Virus record (IMG/VR): IMGVR_UViG_3300022893_000001 | Coordinates: 8,925-72,924 of that record | Strand: one strand, 5' to 3' | Length of the DNA: 64,000 bases | Source: a virus | Taxonomy: Duplodnaviria > Caudoviricetes | Part shown: positions 9,806-19,800 of the stretch, in pieces | How positions within the stretch are numbered: the first letter of the stretch is position 1 | How the letters are laid out: each line of letters begins with the position of its first letter | Position numbers and translations under genes: made by a program | Notes under the pieces: generated by a model | Seen by the model: the letters and a program-made list of their open reading frames with translations, nothing else | Databases searched by the model: none | Told to the model about the DNA's origin: nothing

Positions 9806-11299
9806 ATGGCAAAGTCTGACGACTACGCTGCTCAGGATCGACAGTTCGCCCAGCGCGGGGACCGATACCAGGAGGAAGCGCGGCAACGCGCCTACAACCA
9901 ACAGCAACGGCGCGGCTGGGCGCAGGACTACCAAGCCGAGCAGTACGATCCGATGCTCGCGGGCCAGGGCGGTTACAACCCGCAAGAAGCCGCCGACATC
10001 CGGGGCGACTATAGCGGCATTCCCACTACGCCCGAGGAGTTCCAAAGCAACTACCGCACGCAGCAAGAGCAGAACGATGCGGTGGGGAACCCGTGGGAAC
10101 GCGCAGCGTACTTCAATCCCGAAGGCATGGAGGCGGCGGGCCAGAGCGATAGTGATCGCGTGCGGGGCTCGATGGGCAGCTACCGGAGCGATATGCAGGG
10201 CGCGATGGACCCGTACGCCGCGAGTATGGAAGCGGCCATCGCAGACCAGCAGGGCCAGTCGATTGATCCCAGGTACAAGGCGATGCAGGACGCCACGATT
10301 GCCCAAACTGGTTCTGACCGGCGGGCCGCTGTCGATCCATCCCTCCTGCGTGCCGATAAGGCGGCTCTCGACACGATCCGCATGAGCCCCGAGGAGTATC
10401 AGCAAACGCTCGACGCCGCGGGGAACACGGTTGGGGAAAGCTATCGCGCGGCGGCGGATGACGTCGCTCGCCGCACGAGGGCCGCTGGGGCGAGCGCGCT
10501 GGGAATGGGTGCGGCGCGCGAGCGGCTCGAAAGAGCCTCGGCGGTCGACCGGGGCGATGCGATGCTCAACGCGAAGGTTGCGGCCGGCGCGGCGCGCGCG
10601 GGACGTGCCGGAACCGCCGAAGACTTCCGGTTGCGCGGCGAAGAGGGCACCTCCGACCGCATGGGACGCGCGGCGATGGAAGCGGGCGACTTCGAATTCA
10701 AAGGCAGATTTGGGATGGAAGACCAGCGCCTGGCGGCGGAGCGCGCCAAGCAGGGGACCAAACTCCAGGTTGCCAGCGAACTGGGCAAGGCGCGTCTTGC
10801 CAGTGCCAGCGAACTGGGCCGGGCGGGGATCGGCGTCGAAGAGGGCGCGGCGCAACGCGGGCAACAGCAACGGCAGTACAACGCCACCACCGGCACCGAG
10901 ATGGCGACCGGGATCGAGCGCGACACCACGGCGCGCAAACTTGGGAACACGGTCGACCGCCAGGCGGTCAACCAAGCCAACCAGGCCACCCGTTACGGCC
11001 AGGGGATGGGTATCCAGCAAGCCAAGACCGCTGGAGCGCAGAGAGTGGCGGATAAGCGGATCGACGCGCAGTATCGGGGACAGGATTACCTCGACCGCAC
11101 GCAGCAGCAAGCCGCCGCCGAGCAAGGGCAAGAGTACGACCGGGGACAGAACGCTTGGCAGACGCAGGGCGGCATGATGCAGAACACCACCAATTCGCAG
11201 ATCCAGCGCGACGCACAGCCCAAGCCTTGGGAGAAGGCGCTCGGTATGGTGATCGGCGGTGCAAAGGCCGCTTCCGGATTCAAGGCACTGGGAGGTTAA
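9806..11299 (+). CDS. Putative DNA ejection/pilot protein, Ala/Gln/Arg-rich helical
   Basis: 497 aa coiled-coil-like; C-terminal Gly-rich amphipathic tail (ALGMVIGGAKAASGF); upstream of giant internal protein. Confidence 0.55.
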   Translation: MAKSDDYAAQDRQFAQRGDRYQEEARQRAYNQQQRRGWAQDYQAEQYDPMLAGQGGYNPQEAADIRGDYSGIPTTPEEFQSNYRTQQEQNDAVGNPWERAAYFNPEGMEAAGQSDSDRVRGSMGSYRSDMQGAMDPYAASMEAAIADQQGQSIDPRYKAMQDATIAQTGSDRRAAVDPSLLRADKAALDTIRMSPEEYQQTLDAAGNTVGESYRAAADDVARRTRAAGASALGMGAARERLERASAVDRGDAMLNAKVAAGAARAGRAGTAEDFRLRGEEGTSDRMGRAAMEAGDFEFKGRFGMEDQRLAAERAKQGTKLQVASELGKARLASASELGRAGIGVEEGAAQRGQQQRQYNATTGTEMATGIERDTTARKLGNTVDRQAVNQANQATRYGQGMGIQQAKTAGAQRVADKRIDAQYRGQDYLDRTQQQAAAEQGQEYDRGQNAWQTQGGMMQNTTNSQIQRDAQPKPWEKALGMVIGGAKAASGFKALGG

Positions 11300-11303
11300 T
11301 TCG

Positions 11304-12275
11304 ATGCCGTCAGAATGGGTTAACGATTTTCAGCCGGCAGGAGCCGCTCCCGCCGCTCCCAAGCCGATGGGGGCCGCACCCGCGCCCATGCAGCAACCGG
11401 CACCACCGGCACAACGAAGGCCGATGGGACGCCAGCAGATGCAGCAGCCCGGCGGGGCTCCTCCCGGCGGCGGCGGTGGCCGCTGGTGGCAGAACCCAGG
11501 CGGGGCGATCCGGCCCCCGATGGGTGGTGCGCCCCCTGCGGCTGGTGGAGCTCCCCCGGCTGCGGGCGGTGCGCCTCCTGCGACGGGCGGTGCGCCTCCT
11601 GCCCAAGGTGGTAGCCTGCAAGCCGCGCCTCCCGGTACGAATCCCGCCTGGTCTGCCGTCAGTCAGGCACAACGCTTCGCGCAGCCTGCGGCACCCGCTG
11701 CCCCGGCCCCCGCTGCCGCACCACCCCCCGCACCGGCCCCGCCCCCGGCGGCACCGCCGCCAGCGCAGGGCAGTTCCTTGCAAGCCGCTCCCTCCGAAGG
11801 CAACGCCCAGTCTGCCTGGCAAGCGATTGCCGGCAACATGCAGAAGGGTTTGCAGGGGTATCCGTCCAGGGAAGCTGATCCTAGAGGGGCCGATCCCAGA
11901 TCGGACATGGCGCGGGCGCAAGAACAGCAGCGGTACGAACAGAGCCAAAGACAGTACGCGGCGGGCCCCGGCGGCGGCGGGCAATTTGACCGGGCCAGTT
12001 ATTTTGAGCCAGACCGCCGCAGTCGGGCGTTCGGACCCCCGCCTCCCAACGGAGTAGCCAGCTACGGCGTTGCGCCCGTGGAAGACAGGGCCCTCCAAGT
12101 CGCGCCCGAGTCGGCGGATGCGCGCACCGCCATCGAAGCTGCCGCCGGTCCCGCCCCGCCTCCAGAGTCTTCGCTTGTTTCCGCAGCCGCCGGCCGAGGA
12201 CTTCCGCCTCGTGGCATGGGACGCGGCGGAATGGGACGTTCGTTTGGCCGAGGACGAGGTGGTCCGGTCTATTAA
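11304..12275 (+). CDS. Pro/Gly/Ala/Gln-rich disordered protein with C-terminal RGG-like tail
   Basis: GGAGG SD at 11290; GGAPPA repeats; ends GRGGMGRSFGRGRGG. Confidence 0.6.
   Translation: MPSEWVNDFQPAGAAPAAPKPMGAAPAPMQQPAPPAQRRPMGRQQMQQPGGAPPGGGGGRWWQNPGGAIRPPMGGAPPAAGGAPPAAGGAPPATGGAPPAQGGSLQAAPPGTNPAWSAVSQAQRFAQPAAPAAPAPAAAPPPAPAPPPAAPPPAQGSSLQAAPSEGNAQSAWQAIAGNMQKGLQGYPSREADPRGADPRSDMARAQEQQRYEQSQRQYAAGPGGGGQFDRASYFEPDRRSRAFGPPPPNGVASYGVAPVEDRALQVAPESADARTAIEAAAGPAPPPESSLVSAAAGRGLPPRGMGRGGMGRSFGRGRGGPVY
11523..11610 (+). repeat. Four 21-bp tandem units encoding GGAPPA(A/T/Q)
   Basis: Direct reading of ggyggwgckccycck-type units. Confidence 0.85.
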
Positions 12276-12278
12276 GCT

Positions 12279-13811
12279 ATGGCCTCCTACCCTCCCCTGA
12301 AGTACGGTACGCCGCCCATCATCGATCCGCGAACCCAGCGGCCATTCGAAGAAGAGGAAGATCCGTTGGGCATGGGCATGAACACTCGGCGGAATATAGA
12401 CGCTGTCCCCGCGCGCGTGCTTCCCCCGGCTCCGGTTCCAGGGCAATACGGGAATACCGGCTTCGAGCGGCCAGGGCAGTATGCGAATTCTCCCACCGGG
12501 CCCCCGCCGCCGGGCCCGCGATTCACCGACCAGGTCATGGGCGGCGGAGGCGAGTCGCAAGACGAGTGGAATCGTGGCGGGCTCGATGATGTCCTGGCGA
12601 GTAATCCTCTGCCATTGCCTGAAGTGCCAAAAGGTCCGATCCAGACCCTCACTGGCAAACCGCCTACGGTAGGTGAAGAGTGGATCGACCCGGGCGAAGA
12701 CCCGTTCCTGACCGACTGGAACTCTGCCGCTGCGGAACGTGACGCCCACAAACGGGCGAAGCCGCTGATGGGTGACAAGAAGTACGACAAGCCGCTCTGG
12801 CAGAAGCTGCTCATGGTTGGCTCGAACGCCGCCGCAGGGTACGTCAATGCCGGCCGGCGCACGCACATCGATCCGTTCAGCGACAAGGAAATTGCGGCCC
12901 GGCCCAAGTACACCGCCGCGATGGACGAATGGGGTACCGAGGAGAAGGCGCTCGAATCCAGGATGGGGAGCCTGCAGCAGAAGTACCAACTGCGGCGCCA
13001 GGCCGATGCCGACCAGCGCGCCAACAAACTCTCCAAGCGCCAGGACATCATCGCCGATGCCCAGATCGAAGAGCTCAACGCGCGAGCCGAGCAGCGACGC
13101 CGGCCCCCGGTGGTCAAGCCCACCAACCCGTTCATGTATACGCCTGGCGGCGCGCTGAACACGCTGACGGGAAAGATCCAGGAGGGGACCGAGCCACCGG
13201 AGAAGCAGCAGAAGATCGATGCGCAGCAAGTAATTTTGGATCCTAAGTCGACGCCGGAACAGATTGAGAAGGCGAAAGACTACCTGCGGATGATCCATCC
13301 CCCGAAGCAGGGCGGCGGTGGCGGGGCCAGCGGCGTCATGGAGCGGTTCGAGGCCACTCAGCGCCGGCTCGAATTGCAGAACCAGCGCAAGATGCAGACC
13401 GACGTCGACGAGATCGAGTACGGCGTTCCCGGCAAGCCGGGACTGTGGCAGCGGCGTTCCAAGATTGGCAACGAGATGTCTGCGCTCGACAAGAACAAGC
13501 CCAAGCCCGGCACTCCTGAATCGAGCGACGAATACCAGAAGTGGCTGAAAACCTGGAAGGCGAACGCCGATCCGGACGCTGCCGCCGAGTACGACATCCT
13601 CACCAACGAACTGCGCAACGTCACCAAGAAGAAGCTCGACAACGGCTGGATTGACCGCGACCAGTACAACAAGATCATGCAGGGCTTGGCCGGCGGTGCG
13701 CCTGCCGGTGGTGGGGGCGCGGCGGCTACGGGCGGCGGCGGGCAGCAGACCACGGGCAAGACGACGCCGGGCAAGATGCGCAAGCACCTTGGGGCATTCG
13801 ACTCTCAGTAG
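12279..13811 (+). CDS. Putative DNA ejection protein (Pro-rich N-terminus, coiled-coil C-terminus)
   Basis: 510 aa; immediately upstream of giant protein. Confidence 0.55.
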   Translation: MASYPPLKYGTPPIIDPRTQRPFEEEEDPLGMGMNTRRNIDAVPARVLPPAPVPGQYGNTGFERPGQYANSPTGPPPPGPRFTDQVMGGGGESQDEWNRGGLDDVLASNPLPLPEVPKGPIQTLTGKPPTVGEEWIDPGEDPFLTDWNSAAAERDAHKRAKPLMGDKKYDKPLWQKLLMVGSNAAAGYVNAGRRTHIDPFSDKEIAARPKYTAAMDEWGTEEKALESRMGSLQQKYQLRRQADADQRANKLSKRQDIIADAQIEELNARAEQRRRPPVVKPTNPFMYTPGGALNTLTGKIQEGTEPPEKQQKIDAQQVILDPKSTPEQIEKAKDYLRMIHPPKQGGGGGASGVMERFEATQRRLELQNQRKMQTDVDEIEYGVPGKPGLWQRRSKIGNEMSALDKNKPKPGTPESSDEYQKWLKTWKANADPDAAAEYDILTNELRNVTKKKLDNGWIDRDQYNKIMQGLAGGAPAGGGGAAATGGGGQQTTGKTTPGKMRKHLGAFDSQ

Positions 13812-13819
13812 GTTGAACA

Positions 13820-16800
13820 ATGGCAGCGCCATCCCTAGCAGCCCCCAAAGGCTTCGATCTCGACGGAGCACGCCGGGAGGGTTACAACGATACCGAGATC
13901 GCGGACTACCTCGCCGGCTCGCGGGGCTTCGATATTGCCGGGGCGCGCAAAGAAGGCTATTCCGATCAAGAGATAATCGGGCACCTCAACAAGCCGAAAG
14001 CGATGGCGTCGACCGTGCCTGGGGCCGAGCGCACCGGCACGCCTGGTCTGCAGAAGACGGCGGCGATCCCGCCCGAGCTCGGCGGGCCTCCCACGCCCAG
14101 GCAGGAACCTCAGCAGCCTACCCCGATGGCACCGCCCGACTATTCGGCGGGCGATCTCTACCAATCCAATCAGCCTACCGACCTTGGTTTCGAGCCAACC
14201 GTGGACCCCTTCTCAACAGGTCCAGCGCGCGCGCCTCGTCCTCAGATGACCCAGCAAGCCGCTGGCGACGAGATGACCCGCGTGGCGCGCGGGGACGTGG
14301 GAGCATCGCCCTATCCGAAGCCAGGCCGCTTGCCGATCCTCGGCGGGCGAGTGGCCCCCAAGCCTTTCTACCAGCTTGAGAAGCCCGGTGTCGCGGGCAT
14401 CCCCGGCACCGAGCGCACCGGGTTGCCCGGCGTCCAATCAGTGGCCCAACCGCGAGTGGAGTATGACCCGCTCGGCGCGCGCCCAGACGCGCAGTATTTA
14501 GCCAAGCTGCACGCCGGTATCCCGGTCGAATCCGACGAGATCCCCAGTGCCCAGTCGATGCCAGGCGCGGCCGGGCTGATCTCGAAAGTCGGTTCACGCA
14601 GCGCACTGGGAGTGGTTAAATCGCTGGGCACCTCCGGGAGACTTCTCGGCGACACGCCCGGCCAGCGCGGCATGATCGGGCTGAAACAAGCGGGCACAGC
14701 CATCGAGGACGTCACGCAACTGATGCTCGATCAGATCCCGCCGCCTACCCTGGAAGAATCCCACCTGATCGGCAGCAAGAACTTCGTTGAGGATCCGAAC
14801 CAGCTTCGCAATCCCTATTACATGGCGAACCTGGGAGCCAATGCCGGCGGCTCGATGGTGGCCTTCATGCTGCCGGAAATTGCGCTCTTCCGAGGCGCTG
14901 CCTTGGCGGCTACCGGCGCGCGCGCTGGCGTGCTCTCTTCGATTGCCGAGACGATGGCGAACTCGGCAGAGGTCTACCAACAGGCCAAAGACGCGGGCAT
15001 GAGCGAGATCGAAGCCGCTGACCTGTTCCGCAAGAACATCCCCCTCGATTTCCCGATCACCTACGGGATGAACCGGCTGGGGATCTTCAACGACAAGCTC
15101 AAGAGCAGAACGGCTCGCGCGGTTCTCAGCCCGGTCACCGAAGCCGCGCAGGAAGTGGGTCAGGCGGTTCCCCAGAACTACTTACTCAAGCAGCCGCTCT
15201 TCAAGGGATGGGAAGAGAACGCCCTCGGCTCCGCGTTCGGCGGTCCAGTCGGGGCGATGATGAGCCCGGTCGACACTTTGATGGGCGCACCGCCCACGCC
15301 GCACCACGACACCACGCAGTACCAACCTGGCCCGCAGGGCCCGCAAACCTCCAGGTACCCGCTGTTAAGCCAGGCTGGAACAGCGGCCCCCGTCGTTCCG
15401 CCCTCGGCCCCGCACCACGAGCTTCCCCCGGACCCATACGAAGGGCCCCTCGACGCCTACGGCGGCGGCGCGGCCCGAGAAGCGCCAGCGGTCCCCACGG
15501 TGTCTCCCTTCCCACGGGTTCAGACTCCCCCGCCTGGCGTCGACCTGGGCCATGTGCGGCCGCTCGACAAGGAAGGGGAGAAGCCGCCAGAGCAGACTGC
15601 GCCGCCGGAACAGAAGCAACCTCCTCCGCCGCCCCCGAATGTGGACGCGGTCTACGAGGACGCGAAGACCTTCGCCGCGGATCTTCCGGAGCTCGGCGTA
15701 GGCGCGATCCGCCGGCAGTTCGGCGTCACCAAGGACGATGCCCGCGTGATCCTCGACCGCATGGTCGCAGACGGGCTCTTCGCGCAGAAGGAATTGAAGG
15801 GCGGCGGCACCTCGTTCGTCAACCTCGCCTGGCAGCGCGGCCAGGCCGGCAAGGGGATGGTGACCAAGGGCAAAGGCGTTGAGGAAGCTGTCTCCGAGTT
15901 CCTTCCGCCGGATGAGGAAGAGGAGGCTCCGCCGCCAGGCCAGCAAGCCCCGCCCCCCGGCCAGCCGCCGCCCTCATCGCTTGAAGATCAACGAAAGGAG
16001 GGGGAAGAACAGAGACAACAAGAGCCGCCAGCATTGGGGCAGGCACCTCCGCCTGCCACAGCGGCCCCTCCCCAGATCGACGCGGGCAAGGTCACCTCGA
16101 TTGAGGAGCGCCCCGAGCGGCCACCCGAGCCCCGGCTCGCCGAAGACGTATTCGAGATGGATCCGAATACCATCGAGGCCGATCCGGTTCGCTTCCAGTT
16201 CAAACGGGATACCGGCGGCAAGGCTGGAGTAGGCGATGAACTGAAAGACCCAGACGTCCCCTGGAACCGCCGGATGGCCGGCACAATCACCGTCTGGAAA
16301 GACCCGGCAGACGGCAAGACCTACGTCGTCAACGGGCACCACCGGCTTGAGAAAGCCCAGCGCATGGGCGTTCCCAGTATCAAAGTGCAGTATTCCACTG
16401 CAAAAACGGCCCAGGAAGCCAGGGCCGAGGGCGCGCTCGACAACATCGCCGAGGGCAGAGGCACCGCCATCGACGCGGCCAAGTTCCTGCGCGACACCGG
16501 CATCACTCCCGAGGAAGCCAAGGGGCGCGGCGTTCACCTCAAAGGCGAAAAGGCCAGGCAGGGTACCGCGCTCGCCAAGCTGCCAGACAGGCTCTTCGAA
16601 CAGATCCTGAGCGGAGACTTGAACGTCGAACGGGCCACGATTATCGGCGAAGGGCTCACCAATCCGGACGACATGCTGGCAGTGGCAGAGGCCGGCTCGA
16701 AGATGAACGACGCCCAGTTGCGGGAACTCATCCGGCGTCAGAGCGGCCGAGCTCGAACCGAAGAGACTCAGGTTTCCCTGTTCGGGGAAGACGTCATCTC

Positions 16801-19800
16801 GAAGAGTCTGATCCGCGAAGAGGCCACGCTGTCGGAAGCCATCCGGAAGCAACTCTCGAACGAGAAGCGGCTGTTCGCCACAGTCGGAACCAAGGGCGCA
16901 GCGACGACGCTTGAACAGGGCGGGAACGTCATCGCTACCGACAAGAACCGCGCCATCGCCGATGCCGCCGCGCAGGCTCTGGAGATCTATGACCGTCTGA
17001 GTCTACAGACTGGTCCGGTTGCCGATGCCTTAGCCGCCGGGGCCAAGGAGATGGCCGGCGGCGCGAACTTTGCTACCGTCAGGGAGAACACTTATGCCGC
17101 AGTCCGAAACGCCGTACAGGAAGCTATCGGCGGAGGAAAAGAATCGCGTGCTGGACAGCCTCAGGCGCAAGATCGAGGCCGGGACGCTGGTACCGGAGAA
17201 CGAGCACCCGCCGGCCCAGCAAAAGCAGCCCCCGCAAAAGTAGAGGAGATCGGCAAGGTCACCTCGGTCGAGCAGGGCGAGACATTCACCGCGCGGATGC
17301 AAGCCGCCGAGACTGCCGATGAGGGGCGGAAGATCCTGGGCGAGGCCGAGAAGGCCATTGGTAGCCTGCAGCAGGACATTGGCGTCACGCCTACAGTTGG
17401 ACAGGTCGAGCCGAATTACTTTGTAGGGCTCCACGTTCTTAACGACAAAACCATCAAGAAGGCGGTCAAAGAGGCCCAGGCCAAAGATCCGGCCAAGGCG
17501 GCGCAACTCGAAGCCATGATGCGCGACGCCTTCCACGCTCGCGAGAAGGAATGGCCGCGCCTCCAGGGCATCGAGGACCAGAGGGAAGCGGATCGCTACG
17601 AGGAATTCAAGGCCCAGCGAGGACCGAAACTCCCGAAGGAACTGACCAAAGCCGCCCCGCGCTACGGCGCATTCGAACTCCAGTTTGAGTCCGATGTTGA
17701 CAAGGCTGCGTACATCACAGCCCAGGCGAAACCCTCCAAGCGGGATGCCGACTATCTCAAATTTGTGATGGACGCCACCGGCAAGTCGGAGGCCGAGGTC
17801 CGGAAGGCAGGAGCCGCCATCCGCGCCTCCCTCAAGACGATAGCGAAGGGCGCTGATCCCGCCGATGGCCCGCTTGAGGTTCCTCTTCATGTCCAGGTGA
17901 AACCGGGCGAGGACTTGGGCCGCGTCTCCTCCGTAGAGGCGAAGCCGAAGCAGACCGGCCCCATGAGCCCGCTCGGCAAGATGGGGCCGGCCAAACCGAA
18001 AGCGGCGGTCTACCACGGGGACGTCTCCGACCGGGAAATCACCGAGGAGAATCTCAAGAACGACGTTGAGACGGGCGTCTGGCGCTTCGCCACCGCGCGC
18101 GGGCGCACCGGCAAGGGCCGCACCGGCACGGTCTACACCAACCAGGCGGGGATGCGCGTCCTGCAAAACGTCTTCGAGATGGAACGGCTTGAGGGCGTCT
18201 CGATGGACGACGTCAATGTCGCCAAGCTGCTCACCGCCCTCGACAAGAATCTCAGTCTGAGGGATCTGAGTCCGGAAGGCCGCGCCGCCCTGAGGGAGTT
18301 CAAGAAGAATCTGAACGAGTACCGGCAGCAGCATGGGCCCGGCGCATCCATCAGCTTTGTTGTGGCCGAGCGCGGCCACGGCATGGGCATCCGCAAGACG
18401 ATCCGCGAGGAACTGATTCACGGCATTCAGCGCATCTTCGGGATTAACTCCGTGGACACCGTCGAAAACATGCTGCTGATGCCGGCCTTTGACAAGGCGT
18501 GGACGTGGCTGGAAGAAAACGGGTACCCAGATATAGGGGCGATGGACGCTCTCGACGAGATTACCGCCAAGGTGCTCGCCGGGGAGGATGTAGGGCTTAC
18601 CCTGGAAGAGCAGCTTACGGTAGCCAAAGCCTACCGAAAGGCGCTGATCGAAGCACACGGTAACGACGTAGTCACACTGTTCCGATACGTCAAAGCCGGC
18701 GAGGTGAAGGAGACATTCCGTGGCACAGAGACGCGAAAAGAAGATGGTGGACGCGCCGCCCCAGTTCAGCAAGAAAGCGGTTTCGAACTTCAACGAGGCG
18801 CAGTTAGCGGCCGAGGCGGCACGGTTAGCCGGGGAGGACGAGGAGAAGGCGTTCGAGAACGCCTTACGCTCTCGGTGGAGCCAGTCGGGCGAATCACCCG
18901 ATTCCTCCGAAGACTCCACGGCGGGTCGCAAGCCCAGTTAGTTCAGGCGTCCAACGGCAAATACTACGTCGTCAAGTTCGCCGACAACCCGCAGGACGCG
19001 CGGGTTCCCGTCAACGAACTGATAGCCGGGCGTCTCTTCCACGCGCTTGGCTTCAAGACCCCGCTGCCGGTGGTTCTCGAATATGGCGGGGACCAGGATC
19101 TGTCCTACGTCTGGCACGGCGGGAAGGAACTGAAGATCAAGGCCGGCCCGGCAATCGCCACCGAGTTCGTCGTCGACCCCGAGCGCGGCGGCAAGGTCTA
19201 TGACGAACTGCGGGACAGCGACTTCTCCAAGGTGACCAACGTTTCCGACCTGGTCAATGCCCTGGTGGTCGACAAGTGGCTCGCCAACTGGGACTCGCGC
19301 CAGGCAGTCTTCCACGCAGACAGTTCCGGCGAAGGCTATGTCGTCACGCTGATCGATCACGGCTTCGTCTTCAACGGCGATAGTTGGCAGTTCAAGACCA
19401 ACGCTTGGTCCGGTGTGTACCACCAGCAGAACGTCTACGATGGCGTCCGGTCGATGGACGACTTTGCCCCCACCATCGAAAAGATCCGGAAGCTCGATCC
19501 GGATTACATCCGTAGCATGTTTGAGGCGGTCCCGGAAGAGTACAAGGAATTCGCCGATGACGAAGACCGGGGGCATCTGGCCGATGAAGTAATCAAACGC
19601 CGCGCCAAGCTCGAAGACTTCATCCTCGAACTCACTAACGTCAAATTCGGCCAGTTCACATTCAACAACTGGGAAGGTCACAAGGCGCGGAGGCCCGGCC
19701 AGGGGTTGCTGTTCTCGCGCAAGAAGAACACGATTCAGGGCGAGCAGAGTCAACTTGGGTTGTTCGACCTGGCCGCGACAGCCGCGACAGGCCAGGTCCA

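Noticed and set aside
11310-13871. 853-aa minus-strand ORF
   Set aside because: Shadow of two + strand genes; Arg-rich nonsense composition
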